The position numbers and the translations under genes were made by a program. Shown here piece by piece: positions 1 to 12,180 of a stretch of 64,000 bases of DNA (its first letter is position 1; each line of letters begins with the position of its first letter). Location: positions 116,002,001-116,066,000 of the forward strand of contig OX597823.1 in NCBI GenBank assembly GCA_951406725.2, given 5' to 3'. The stretch comes from Octopus vulgaris (taxonomy: Eukaryota). Below the pieces are notes generated by a model that was not told the DNA's origin, did no database searches, and saw only the letters and a program-made list of their open reading frames with translations.

Positions 1-180
1 AATGGCCTAGTGGTTAGAGCAGCGGATTCGTGGTCAAGGGATCACATGTTCGAATCTCAGACAGGGCGATGTGTGTGTTTATGAGTGAAACACCTAAGCT
101 TCACATGGCTCCGGCAGAAGGTAATAGTGAACTTCTGCTGACTCTTTCACCACAACTTTCTCTCACTCTTTCCTCAGGTG
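1..180 (+). mobile_element. tRNA-derived SINE, family C (5' part)
   Basis: A-box TGGCCTAGTGG and B-box-like GTTCGAATC; body (aaacacctaagctt..., ctttcaccacaactttctctcactcttt) matches the copy at 50356-50668. Confidence 0.8.
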
Positions 181-575
181 CTACCAACCACAGGGTTCTG
201 GGTTCAGTCCCACTGTGTGGCACTTTGGGCAAGTGTCTTCTACTATAGCCTCGGGCTGACCAAAGCCTTGTGAGTGGATTTGGTAGACGGAAACTGAAAG
301 AAGCCCATTGTATATATGTATGTATATATATTTATGTATGTATGTGTGTGTATATGTTTGTGTGTCTGTCTGTTTGTCCCTCCAACATTGCTTGACAACC
401 GATGCTGGTGTGTTTGCATCCCTGTAACTTAGCGGTTCGGCCAAAGAGACCAATAGAATTAGTACTAGGCTTTGAAAGAATAAGTTCTGGGGTCGATTTG
501 CTCAACTAAAGGTGGTGCTCCAGCATGGCCACAGTCAAATGACTGAAACTAGTAAAAAAGTAAAAAAAAGAGAAT
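181..575 (+). mobile_element. SINE family A, 5'-truncated
   Basis: Matches 931-1345: ggttcagtcccactg...internal TA/TG microsatellite...cagcatggccacagtcaaatgactgaaac. Confidence 0.85.
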
Positions 576-814
576 CTTCTAACATAATATTCTTGCTTGA
601 ATTTTCCTTTTGATTCATAGAACTTTTATCTCGGAGTCTAATTCAATTTTGCTGTGTTGATGGTAAATTCATATTGACTCATGTGGATTTAAACTTTCAG
701 TTAACAATCCAATGGAAATCTTCCTTAATGGTCAAATGACTTGATCGATATTGTTAGTTGATTTGCTCAATATAACTGCTAAATTTGCTCCAATCAATTT
801 TATACAGGCCTTAA

Positions 815-1451
815 TACTTCAACATTTAAATCGTCCATATCAGGCCCAAACATTCTATTTGTTTTATATTCAAACTGTTTAAATCCAGCCTCTCACACTG
901 ATCCTTCGATGTCATTCTAAAAATAAACATAGGCGCAGGAGTGGCTGTGTGGTAAGTAGCTTGCTAACCAACCACATGGTTCCGGGTTCAGTCCCACTGC
1001 ATGGCATCTTGGGCAAGTGTCTTCTGCTATAGCCCCGGGCCAACCAATGCCTTGCGAGTGGATTTGGTAGATGGAAACTGAAAGAAGCCTGTCGTATATA
1101 TGTATATATATATATGTATGTGTGTTTGTGTGTCTGTGTTTGTCCCCCTAGCATTGCTTGACAACCGATGCTGGTGTGTTTACGTTCCCGTAACTTAGCG
1201 GTTCGGCAAAAGAGACCGATAGAATAAGTACTGGGCTTACAAAGAATAAGTATTGGGGTCAATTTGCACGACTAAAAGGCTGTGCTCCAGCATGGCCGCA
1301 AGCAAATGACTGAAACAAGTAAAAGAGTAAAAGAGAGTAAAGAGTAATCGCATCATCAGAATTTCAAAGCTATCAGATAATACACAATTAATTCAAAACA
1401 ATGTGAATAAATAAGCATCATATTTGACAGAATAATCTGAATGCCAAAGGG
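815..1451. mobile_element. piggyBac-type MITE family 2, split by a SINE insertion
   Basis: Flanks 815-930 and 1346-1451 align with the intact MITE at 5543-5761; ends decayed. Confidence 0.65.
931..1345 (+). mobile_element. SINE family A, full length (tRNA-like head, central microsatellite, short repeat tail)
   Basis: Head ggcgcaggagtggctgtgtggtaag...gggttcagtccc; about 12 related copies in the window; tail aagagta repeats. Confidence 0.9.
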
Positions 1452-1482
1452 TACATGTTGATGTTGGATCTTAGAATATTAA

Positions 1483-1703
1483 CCCTTTTGTTACCATATT
1501 TATTTTGAGATGTTCTCTGTTTCTTTCAATTACTTTAAATATAACAAAGAATTTAGTAAAATAACTTGGTTATCATTGAGCTGGTGTTAAGAACGTAAAT
1601 TGTGACTAAGGTTTGGTGGAAGATTTTAATTCAAAACTTACGAAAACAAGAAATTTGTAATACAGAGCCAGAGCTGGTTTCAGCCGGGTTGGGATTGGAA
1701 GGG
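1483..1703. mobile_element. piggyBac-type MITE family 1
   Basis: TTAA on both sides (1479-1482, 1704-1707), CCC...GGG termini; copies at 45882 and 48304. Confidence 0.8.
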
Positions 1704-2560
1704 TTAAAGCTACAATTAAAGTAGAATCTCAGCTGGTCAATAAGGTTTAACTCACAGGGACATATTGGTCAGTTTATATGTTGGACCTGTCAGTAATACA
1801 ATCCTAAACATTGAATCAGTTTTTTTTTCCTGTCTCAGGCTATTCTTGTGTTCTTTGATTTCTAAAGCTATATATTTCTCTTTCCTTACTATTTAAACAC
1901 AGACTGTTTAGCTCTGTCCTATTTTTATCACCCTACCATTTGGTCAGTTATTATTCTTTGGCACTGCATCTTTTTCATTTTCATCTAGGTTTGGTTTCTA
2001 TATTATCTTCCTTAAATTTCCCATAAACAAACTTCCAGATATTTGATCTTTTTCATACCAATCCAGTTGAGACCATCCCCACCTTTTAAAGTATATTTTA
2101 ACTAAAACCTTTGAGATAGATCTTAATTCCATGTAAGAACTTATTCAAGTAAAGTGACAAATACTCAATTGATAATGAAATAGTAATCCAAATATATTTT
2201 CAAAATTAAGCAAAACATGTAGGCTGTGTATTTCATAAAAGAAGTGGACATGAAAACATTTAAATTCTAAGTGTGTCTAGTTTATAACTGATGGCCATTA
2301 CTTGGCATGTTTCATTTGAAATATTTGTTTTGTGGAAGCATAGAATCACTATAACTACTCCAAGTTTCATTTTCTTTCTCTGGAATGGTATAGCCACAAC
2401 AGCATTTCAAGTTTCACTCTTTTGAAAGCATTTGAGAAAAAAGACCATTCAGAAAGTGAAACTAAATTTCAATTTTCCTACATAAGACACCTTTTTATCC
2501 ATCTACTTTTCTCTCAAACCCTCTTGGCTTCTCTCTCTCTCTCTCTTTCTATCTATCTGT

Positions 2561-2612
<52 letters not shown>

Positions 2613-3344
2613 ATGTATATAGATGTATATGAATGTACACACACACACACACACATACATGTTGCTCATATTAATCTTTTGATGTTGTTACATAAATCAT
2701 TCTCAATCCAGTTATTCATAAAAGCAAAAGTGTGTTTCTGTTTGCATTTAACAGAATAATCTGCTCAGCTTGTTTGGTATAAGAGCTGTGTGTAGGTAGA
2801 TCTGGTAGTGTGAGGGAGTATTGATTATGGTGAGAAAGAAAGGGAGGCAATGTGTGAATGTGAAAACGCTTGACTTGTCTGTCTTTGGAAATATTTCCAC
2901 AGATTCAGTCCTTTGTGTGTTGGCATCAAAGGGAAGTTGTGTTTGCAGGAAATGATTGCTTCGTCAATGACTGGCTTTAAGATTCCTTTTAGTTAATTGC
3001 GCTAACCTATAAAAGCAGTCTTTCACTGCATCTACTTTTAGATGTTGTATTGAGGCTAAAATAAGAATGCTGTTGCAGAAATATCTCCATTGTCCTGAAC
3101 CAGCATAAAAACTGGATAATTACAGCTTAACTCTTTGATACACCCTAAATTCTATGACACCTGCTGATACTGTTTATTTTTAAGATCCTAATTATTCTCA
3201 TTTTACAGAATATTTGTGGATAGGTTTGCAGGAGTATGTGAGTGCATCTGTGTGCATGCGTGTGTGTGTGTGCGTGTGCCTGAACATTAGTATCGATATG
3301 TGCCTGTATCTATTTTTGCGTATCTGTAAATGTACCTTGTATAT

Positions 3345-3355
3345 GTGTGTGTCTA

Positions 3356-3394
<39 letters not shown>

Positions 3395-3780
3395 ATATAT
3401 ATGTATGTATATATATATCTATGTATATATATATATGTATGTATATATATATATGTATGTATATGTATATGTATGTATATATATATGTATGTATATATAT
3501 ATGTATATATATGTATATATATATATATGTATATATATATATGTATATATATGTATATATATGTATATATATACATATATATATATATGTATATATATAT
3601 GTATATATATATATATGTATGTATATATATATGTATGTATATATATATGTATGTATATATATATGTATGTATATATATATGTATGTATATATATATATAT
3701 GTATGTATATATATATGTATATATATGTATATATATATGTATATATATATATATAAATATATATACATACAGACACACAC
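3345..3780. repeat. Compound (TA)n/(TATG)n microsatellite
   Basis: Direct; source of the YI/MY pseudo-ORFs. Confidence 0.97.
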
Positions 3781-4126
3781 TTTTAGGGATATATCTAAAT
3801 CTTTTGATCAGGTTTCTTTTAATAAAATAGTATTTATGATTTGCTTCAGTCTTTACTAGTTCTTCTGATTCCCATTCTTTTAGAAATATATCAGTTTCAT
3901 TATATTTGCTGCTGTCATACAACCCCCCCCCCCCTCAATACATAAATGTATTGGAATTACCTAATACCATTGTTGAAGATCCACAACAAAACTGATTTTC
4001 TTGCAAACATATTTTAATGAGTTCACACCAACAATATTTGTTCGTTGGGGATGCCTGACGCTGAGAAACCGTCTCCATATGTGAGTATTGGCTTATTTCT
4101 TGTGCATCAAAATGAAATGATTAAAA

Positions 4127-4280
4127 TAATAATAATAATAATAATAATAATTGTGTACAGTGCTCAGGTGCACTACAACTCATCTAAAGTGTATATATAA
4201 TCAGTTGTAGTTTCGGCGGATTTCGGAAAGCATGAGGGCCTTAAAGGATGCAGTGTCATGGCAGTCAACAACTGACGCAG
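4127..4280 (-). mobile_element. 3' end of a CR1/L2-like LINE with (ATT)n tail
   Basis: Minus strand reads ASVVDCHDTASFKALMLSEIRRNYN* then a short UTR and an ATT repeat; clade assigned by resemblance. Confidence 0.5.
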
Positions 4281-4326
4281 AAAAAGAGAGAAAATAAACT
4301 GTGACAAATATTTCTAATTTCAAAGT

Positions 4327-4930
4327 TGCAGGTGTGGCTGTGTGGTAAGAAGCTTGCTTCCCAATCACATGGTTCTGAGTTCAGTCCAACTTCATGGCAT
4401 CTTAAGCGAGTGTATTCTGCTACAGCGTTGGGCTGAACAAAGCCTTGTGATTGGATTTGGTTGACAGAAACTGAAAGAAGCCTGTCACTCACACACACAC
4501 ACACACACATTTTTGTTCTCTCCTTATTTCTCTCCTTGTTATTTTCTGTGTCCCTTTCTGTAGAAGAGCGTAGGCTCGAAACGTAAAAGACTTTTTCTAT
4601 TCCTGAGCATTATACTAATACATCTGCTTGTTTTGTACACTACCTGTCTTCGTATTTTGTTTTTTTTGTGAACTCTCCCTATGTATATAGAGAGAGAGAG
4701 GGAGAGAGAGATTTGTGTGTGTATCTGTATTTGTCCCCTACCACCACTTGACAACCGGTGTTGGTGTGTTTGTGTCCCTGTAACTTGGCAGTTTGACAAA
4801 AGAGATCGATAGAATGAATAAGTGCTAGGTTTTTAAAATATGTCCTGGGGTTGATTTGTTTGACTAAAATCCTTCAAGGTGGTGCTCCAGCATGGCCACA
4901 GTCAAATGACTGAAACGAATAAAAGAATAT
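4327..4930 (+). mobile_element. SINE family A with a Penelope-like fragment (about 4510-4680) in its central microsatellite
   Basis: Both SINE halves present; the insert is shared with 44965-45070. Confidence 0.8.
4554..4589 (+). ncRNA. Minimal hammerhead-like motif, variant core CTGTAGA
   Basis: cttt-CTGTAGA-A-GAGC-gtag-GCTC-GAAA-CG-TA-aaag; stems I and II pair, palindromic ACGT stem III. Confidence 0.5.
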
Positions 4931-5109
4931 ATACATACATATATGAAATAGAAACCGCACTGGTGTAAAAGACTATTAATCACATATACTTAACAGATAC
5001 ACATCGTGTATAATCCAGTAAGTTGCTATTGGGACAGTGGAGAATACTTTCTCAAAGCACCGGGTGTTAAAGCATCTTAGAATCATGGACAGGCACGGTT
5101 ACTCACTGT

Positions 5110-5315
5110 GGAGGCGCATGGCTTAGTAGTCAGGGGTGTTGGATTCATGATCGCATGATTGGGGTTTCGATTCCTGGACCTGGCGACACGTGTTCTTGAG
5201 CAAAACACTTCATTTCACGTTGCTCCAGTCCACTCAGCTGGCAAAAACAAGTAATCCTGTGACGGACCAGCATCCTGCCCAGGTGGGGAATTTCTACGCC
5301 ACTGAAACCGGGAAC
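5110..5315 (+). mobile_element. tRNA-derived SINE, family C-related
   Basis: ggaggcgcatggcttagt...gtttcgattcctgg head; ccagtccactcagctggcaaaa core shared with 23620-23945 and 42395-42641. Confidence 0.8.
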
Positions 5316-5542
5316 ATGTAAAAACTTCTTTTCTGCCTCTTTCCTTACTACATAGCTTCCTTTTTTTTGGCTAATATTTTTCTCTGTTGCCCTCTCTCTC
5401 TCTCTTCTAAGCATCTCTCTTTACCATTATGAGATTGTCTATGATATTGTTCTACCACCATGTCACCTTACCTTTAGTTTGGATTATGCTGTGGCCATGG
5501 GTTCAGTGGTTGTTGCAAGCCATTGGCAGATTTTCCCCTTAA

Positions 5543-5761
5543 CCCTTTAGCATTGAATCTAGCCATATCCAGCCCAAATATTATACCTGGTTTATGTTAA
5601 AATTGATGTGATCCAACCTCTCACACCTACCCTACAATGTCATTCTAAAAGTAGACAAACACTCCATTGAAATCTTGAATCTACAAAATCATGCATGATT
5701 AATTCAAACAATGTGAATAAATAAGTATTACATTTGACAAAGTAACCTGAATGCTAAAGGG
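5543..5761. mobile_element. piggyBac-type MITE family 2, intact
   Basis: Perfect 12-bp TIR ccctttagcatt/aatgctaaaggg flanked by TTAA. Confidence 0.85.
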
Positions 5762-5989
5762 TTAAAAACTGCCAGTTTCCCCCTGTTAACCATTTCTGTG
5801 CCAGCTGTGCTAATGAAGTTGTCATCTGTTTTTGAAACAGGGCTTCATAAAAACAGTCCCTCGTTTCATCTACCAGCTCTGATTCCTTACATTTGAACTG
5901 AAACAATTCCAACCCAAGTAACCTTTGAAGGAGGGAAAGTAATTTGTCGTGTCAGGAATACAGCTACAGCCTCCTCTAATAATCCTCTC

Positions 5990-6197
5990 TACTAGAAGCA
6001 CAAGGCCTGAAATTTGGGGGGAAGAGAATAGTCAATTACATCGACCCCAGTACTCAACTGGTACTTATTTCATCAAGCCTGAAAGGATAAAAAGCAAAGT
6101 CAACCCTGATGGAATTTGAACTCAGAATGTAGTGGCAGACGAAATACTGCTAAGCATTTTGCCCAGTGTGCTAACAGTTCTGCCAGCTTGCCACCTT
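5990..6197 (-). mobile_element. SINE family B
   Basis: Reverse complement of the ctgagttcaaattcc...gactttgcctttcatcctttc...taagtaccag core. Confidence 0.8.
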
Positions 6198-7314
6198 ATT
6201 GCCTCCTCTAATAATGAGAACATTAGCATTAACTGAAATTGTGAGAGTGAGGTATTAAATACCTGGTTTTTTATTCAAATCAGAAAGGGTGAATGCTGAT
6301 ACTTTTGAATAGCATTTATACAACACCCCACTTCTCTTTCTCTCCAGGAAAAAATACAAAGACAGAAGAAAATACTAAGAATAATAACAAACGGTAGCAC
6401 AAATCAATAGTGAGTGTGTGTTCTTTCTCTCAAACACAGATACATGTGTTAGCATACACAGAAGCCATCGAAAAGGAATCCTACAGATTCATTGTTTAGT
6501 CTACACCAAAGATTTATTCACACAATTTTAGATGGTAAATATTAACACAATTATGAATATGCAAGAAACAGGGATATCTTTGTCAATTATACGAATGGAG
6601 ACGAATGTTAGGTAAAGTGTGTGTGTGTGTGTGTGTTTAGTGTGGGTTAGATGAATGGTGAATATGTACAAGTGGAAATAGATTAGAGACAAATAGAAAA
6701 AGCGAGGATTGAAAAGCTGGAAAGCAAAATGTGTTAGATTGTTTGTCAAGCAATCAGAAGATATACAAGAGTACATTGGATTTTGCTGAGAGATGAAGGA
6801 TTAAAGAAGGAACTTTCTATAGCTGGAAGATAAGACAGTGAAGAAAGCTTGTTAGCATAAGGATTAACAGGAGCCAGCTTTATAATGCTGTCTGTGGTAA
6901 AGTAGCGAAAGCTTTCAATAATTTAGCATATGAACTATAGCAAGATATCGTTTTAGGAATACGTTGGAGACAAGAGGATGGGAAAGAGGTATTTGGCAGT
7001 TTAATTAGATATTTGTATATAAAATATTCTTGTGATAAGCTGGAAATTACCTGTAGTGTGATTAAGTATTTTTCTTGTACTAAAACATGGAGACTAGATA
7101 TGATCATAATAGAGAAAAGAAGTCTGTTGGAAGTATATGACATCACAGATATAAAACCATATGACAGATGTGACATCACATATATAAACCATATGACATC
7201 ATGTGATAGATATGACATCATATGGCATCATATGACAGATGTGATATCACAAAAATAAACAATATGACAGCAAATTAATGATGTCATAGTTATTACAATA
7301 TACTATATATCATT

Positions 7315-7490
7315 CTGCCATTAGGTTCTGAGTTCAAATTTCATCAAGGTTGACTTTGCCTTTCATCCTTTCGGGTTCAATTAAATATGTACTAGTTATA
7401 CACTAGGATCGATGTAATCGACTTAATCCCTTTGTCTGTCCTTGTTTGTCCCCTCTATGTTTAGCCCCCTGTGGGCAATAAAGAAATAAT
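7315..7490 (+). mobile_element. SINE family B, 5'-truncated
   Basis: Core plus gtttagccccctgtgggcaataaagaaata tail. Confidence 0.8.
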
Positions 7491-8034
7491 ATACTATATA
7501 TCATACCAAAGTGGCAATATATTATATCATGGTTATTACCGTATTATTTTTGAAGAATAACATTTACACCCCTTGGAGTAGGCACCTGGTTTTGCCATTT
7601 CTAAAAGCCAAGAACCACTTTCTATTGAAAGAACTGACCAGCTGTATAGAAGTAAACACATTTTTTCTTCTTTCTCTCTTCCCTTTTCCTTTCCTTCTCT
7701 TTTTCATTGACACCTCTTTCAGATACAAAGATACATACACACACATTCTCTCTCACTTTCTCCCCATTTCTCACCCTCTATTACTATCCTATATCTCTCT
7801 CCACCCCTATGCACTCAATAATACAATAAAAAGAGACAAATCTCCTGAAAAAATTCAATCTGAAGAATCCACTAGAGTGGATGCAAGTGCTAGTATATGA
7901 TTTATAAAAACACATGGCATATTAATAGATATCTATAAATATAAAGCCATCCAGATTTCTGAGTACCTTATTTCTTCTAATATATAATACCTGTACATCA
8001 TCTCCAAACATTCTAATATATATATATGCTTGTT

Positions 8035-8241
8035 TGAGTGTCTGTATTTGTACCCCCAGCATTACTTCACAACCGATGCTGGTGTGTTTATGTCCCTGTA
8101 ACTTAGCAGTTCAGCAAAAGAGGACAATAGAATAAGTACTTGGCTTACAAAGAATTAGTCCTGGGACCAATTCGCTCAACTAAAGGTGGTGCTTAAGCAT
8201 GGCCACAGTCAAATGACTGAAACAAGTAAAAGAATAAAAGA
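8035..8241 (+). mobile_element. SINE family A, 3' half
   Basis: caaccgatgctggtgtgttta...atgactgaaacaagtaaaaga. Confidence 0.8.
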
Positions 8242-8356
8242 ATGTCTATATATATACATATGCACATATGTATATATGTATATATATTTTTATTTTGTTT
8301 TCCTTTTTTTGTTTTACCTAACTGCCTGGATGTTTTGCGCTCTTGTCTCATTTCTG

Positions 8357-8412
<56 letters not shown>

Positions 8413-8671
8413 ATACAAAAGTAATTAAGATTCAGTTGAATTAGGTACTTAAGTTCAAGCACAAGTCATTAAGAAAAATTATATTAATATATCTTGTCTG
8501 TTGAAAATCCATATTTGTGCACCTGAAGATAGCACTGTACTTAAATTGATGTAATGATTGCATTGCTCAATTAATTGGAGCCACTTGAAGTGGTTGTACT
8601 GCATTACTACTTGAAATCCTGTTACTTATTTTGATATATATATACACACACATATATATATATATATATAG

Positions 8672-8737
<66 letters not shown>

Positions 8738-8740
<3 letters not shown>

Positions 8741-9007
8741 TCATTCATTTAGCGTCCGTTTTCCATGCTAGCATGGGTTGGACGGTTCAACTGGGGTCTG
8801 GGGAGCCCGAAGGCTGCACCAGGCCAGTCAGATCTGGCAGTGTTTCTACAGCTGGATACCCTTCCTAACGCCAACCACTCCGAGAGTGTAGTGGGTGATT
8901 TTATGTGCCACCGACACAGGTGCCAGACGAGGCTGGCGAACGGCCACGCTCGGATGGTGTTTTTTTATGTGCCACCGACACAGGTGCCAGATGAGGCTGG
9001 CGAACGG
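8738..9007 (-). mobile_element. RTE LINE 3' UTR fragment with (GAT)n tail
   Basis: Reverse complement of the 3' end of 36481-37017. Confidence 0.8.
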
Positions 9008-9097
9008 CATATATATATATATACATACATATATACACATACACACATAAATATATATATGTATTTATATATATACACACACACATACATATATATT

Positions 9098-9443
9098 ATC
9101 TTTTACTTGTTTCAATTATTAGACTGTGGCCATGCTGGGACACCACCCTGAAGAATTTTAGTTGAACTTATCGACCCCAGTACTTATTTTTTTTTGCCAA
9201 ACTTCTATGTTATGGGGATGTAAACACACCAGAACTGGTTGTCAAACAGTGGTGGGTGACAAATACAAAGACGCACACATACATATATATGTGACAGGCT
9301 TCCTTCAGTTTCCGTCTACAAGGCTTTGGTCAGTCTCAGGCTATAACAGAATACACTTACCCAAGGTGTCATGCAGTGGGACTGAACCCGAGACCATGTG
9401 GCTGGCAAATAAGCTTCTTAACACACAGTCACGTCTGTGCCTA
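9098..9443 (-). mobile_element. SINE family A, diverged
   Basis: Reverse complement match to 931-1345. Confidence 0.8.
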
Positions 9444-9460
9444 TCCATAGTCTCACCTGT

Positions 9461-9499
<39 letters not shown>

Positions 9500-9500
<1 letters not shown>

Positions 9501-9850
9501 ATTACTGATTTCATACCTACTAATAAGACAGCACTAACCTCTCACCTTTTAATGTTTAAAGTGTTACTAGCTTCACACCTGTTAATTAGGGGCTATTGAT
9601 GTATCACCTGTTTAAGTGTTACTGACTTCACACCTGCTAATTAGATGTTACTGACTTTCCTCTTGCTACAGTTTTGATTGTTAGTGTCCTCTTAGCTGTT
9701 AGTATATAAGGCTACTGACCTCTTGAATATTTCAGGCATTACTCTTGGCTTGCCTGTTTCTGTCTAAGGTACTAATGATTTAACATTTGTTAATGAGATA
9801 TGACTGACCAGGTACCTTCTAATGCATAAGATATTATTGGCTTCTTAACT
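9500..9850. repeat. Degenerate minisatellite (about 28 bp, gttactgacttcacacctgttaattag-like)
   Basis: Recurrent tactgac/cacctg units. Confidence 0.55.
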
Positions 9851-9859
9851 GTTTATATA

Positions 9860-10222
9860 TAGGCATGGCTGTTTGGTACGAAGTTTGCTTCCAAACCACA
9901 TGGTTCCAGGTTCAGTTCCACCATATGGCAAGTGTCTTCTACTATAGCCTCAAGCTGACCGAAACTTTGTGAGTGGATTTGGTAGATGGAAACTGAAAGA
10001 AGCCCATTGTATATATATATATATATGTATATGTATATATTTATGTGTGTGTCTCTGTTTGTCCCCCTGCCATTACTTGACAACCGATGCTGGTGTGTTT
10101 ATGTCTCCATAACTTAGTGGTTCAACAAAAGGGACCAATAAAATAAGTACTAGGCTTACAAAGAATGAATCCTGGGATTGATTTCTTTGACTGAAACAAG
10201 TAAAAGGAAAAGAATAAAAGAA
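9860..10222 (+). mobile_element. SINE family A
   Basis: Match to 931-1345. Confidence 0.85.
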
Positions 10223-10259
10223 CATATAAGTTGTAACTGGACTATTATTCTTTTACTTG

Positions 10260-12180
10260 TTTAATGTGGAGGAAGGGGCATCACCCATGGCTTTTAGAGG
10301 CCCTCAAAATCTGTTGTTAATGTTTCATTTGAAGTGTTGTTGGTGCAATACCAGCAGGAAAGATGTGAGCAATGTGATTATTCCAGAGGGGTTATGTTCT
10401 GGAGAGAAATGACTGAGCGTAAAGGTTAGTGCAATGTTGAGAAGATTTGGGTGCACCAAGAGAAACATATTAAAAAATGTATTGGGAGTGCCAATCAGCT
10501 CTGAGGAACAGGGATCATTATAGGAGTGATAGGAAGGACAGAGAGAAAAGAAAGCACACCTAAGGGTTAGAGGTTGAAATGGGACTGTTGGTGGCTAAAT
10601 TCCAGTTGGCTCTGGGTAGCTCTTCTCTAGATGTGTTTCCTTGATATGAACAGAGTTTGAGTTTCTTTTGCTGTTAAAAGAGACATGGTTGACCTGGTCC
10701 CACTGAAGAGGCCCTCAAGACCTGTTTATGGAGCCAATGCAAGTTTGATGTGTGGCATCTAAGGTGTGTAGATATGACAATTAGGGAGGAATGAGGGTTT
10801 GTGTCATCTGCATAAGAATGAGCAGTGTTGGTTGTGGTAGGATGTAGGTTTGTATAAAAGAAAGAAGAGTGGGAGATGGAAACTGAGTCCTGGAAGACAC
10901 TAGAGTTGATTGAGAACTGAACACAGACTTATCAACACATCCATGATGGTGTTATCAGATATGAAGCTACTGAGCCAAGATAGGAGAGATGGCTGGAGCC
11001 CATAGGCAGGAAGTTTTGATTGGAAATCTGCATGCCATATGCCGTAAAACATTTAGCTAATGTCTACATCATCATCATCATCATCATCGTTTAACGTCTG
11101 TTCTCCATGCTAGCATGGGTTGGACGGTTCGACCTGGGATCTGGGAAGCCAGAAGGCTGCACCAGGCTCCAGTCTTATCTGGCAGTGTTTCTACAGCTGG
11201 ATGCCCTTCCTAACGCCAACCACTCCGTGAGTGTAGTGGGTGCTTTTTACGTGCCACCTGCACAGGTGCCAGGCGAGGCTGGCAACGGCCACGGTCAGAT
11301 TGGTGTATTTTATGTGCCACCGGCACGGAAGCCAGACGAGGCGGTGCTGGCATAGGCCACGAGTCGGATGGTGCTTTTTACGTACCACCAGACCAGGGAT
11401 CCTGGCTGGTTCAATTCGATTTCGATTTTGCTTGCCCCAACATGTCTTCGCAAGCAAGGGGGTTGGCATGGGTGCCTGTTGTATGGTCAGATTGGTGTAT
11501 TTTACGTGCCACCGGCACGGAAGCCAGTGGAGGCGGTGCTGGCATCGGCCACGAGTCGGATAGTGCTTTTTACGTACCACCAGACCAGGGATCCTGGCTG
11601 GTTCAATTCGATTTCGATTTCGCTTGCCCCAACATGTCTTCGCAAGCAAAGGGGGTTGGCATGGGTGCCTGTCGTCGGATGAGGTTCTATATCGACTTCG
11701 CTTGCCTCAACAGGTCTTTGTGTCCAAGGGAGAGTAACGGTATTACTTTTACCAAACTTCTCTAAAGTGAAAGCCCACTAGTGAGTGACATACGAGAGTA
11801 GGCATCAGGCAGATCTGGCCCTGTGGGCCTCATACTGGAGAAGAGAGAAGAGAGAGGGAAACTTAAGGCAACAGAGGACATCATTGTTAATGGCTATCTC
11901 CATTACTTTTGAAAGGTTAGAGATGAGAGCAATGGCACAGAGGAGTTGCCCTTCTTTGGAATGTGACACCCTGATCAGAATATATTCCCAATGAGAATGC
12001 AAGACAAAACAGTTTCACAAATATAAAAGTAAATTCTGGGGTACAACTCTTTACTGTAACAGAAAGGACACTGTCAGTAATGGTGGCTTTGTTTGCTTGA
12101 AGCAAGTGGAGGAATTTCCACATTTGGCATCATGTGTTTGCAGGATAGAGAGTCTGGGGGAGTGGAAGGAAGTGGTTGCA
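10260..12180 (-). pseudogene. Decayed CR1/L2/Jockey-group LINE reverse transcriptase, interrupted by an RTE fragment
   Basis: Minus-strand IALISNLSKVMEIAINN...QYEAHRARSA (about 11805-11940), INSSVFQDSV and SYADDT (YADD at 10803-10814); many frameshifts. Confidence 0.75.
11067..11740 (-). mobile_element. RTE LINE 3' UTR with an internal tandem duplication of about 190 bp
   Basis: (CAT)n then gtttaacgtc...; units starting near 11293 and 11485 are nearly identical. Confidence 0.85.

Noticed and set aside
1-70. tRNA-like sequence with A and B boxes (also 5110, 50356, 931)
   Set aside because: These are SINE heads that continue into SINE bodies, without complete cloverleafs
3198-3922. Long YI/MY-rich ORFs (also near 16800-17500, 58300-58600 and 59735-60010)
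   Set aside because: Translations of TA/TG microsatellites that are open in many frames
7564-7619. Minus-strand LVSSFNRKWFLAFRNGKTR after a good acceptor, faintly FGF-like
   Set aside because: Too short, weak donor, a second frame is also open, and no other FGF exons are seen
8520-8625. CTGAAGA...GAAA between TA tracts
   Set aside because: Stems I and III cannot be drawn convincingly
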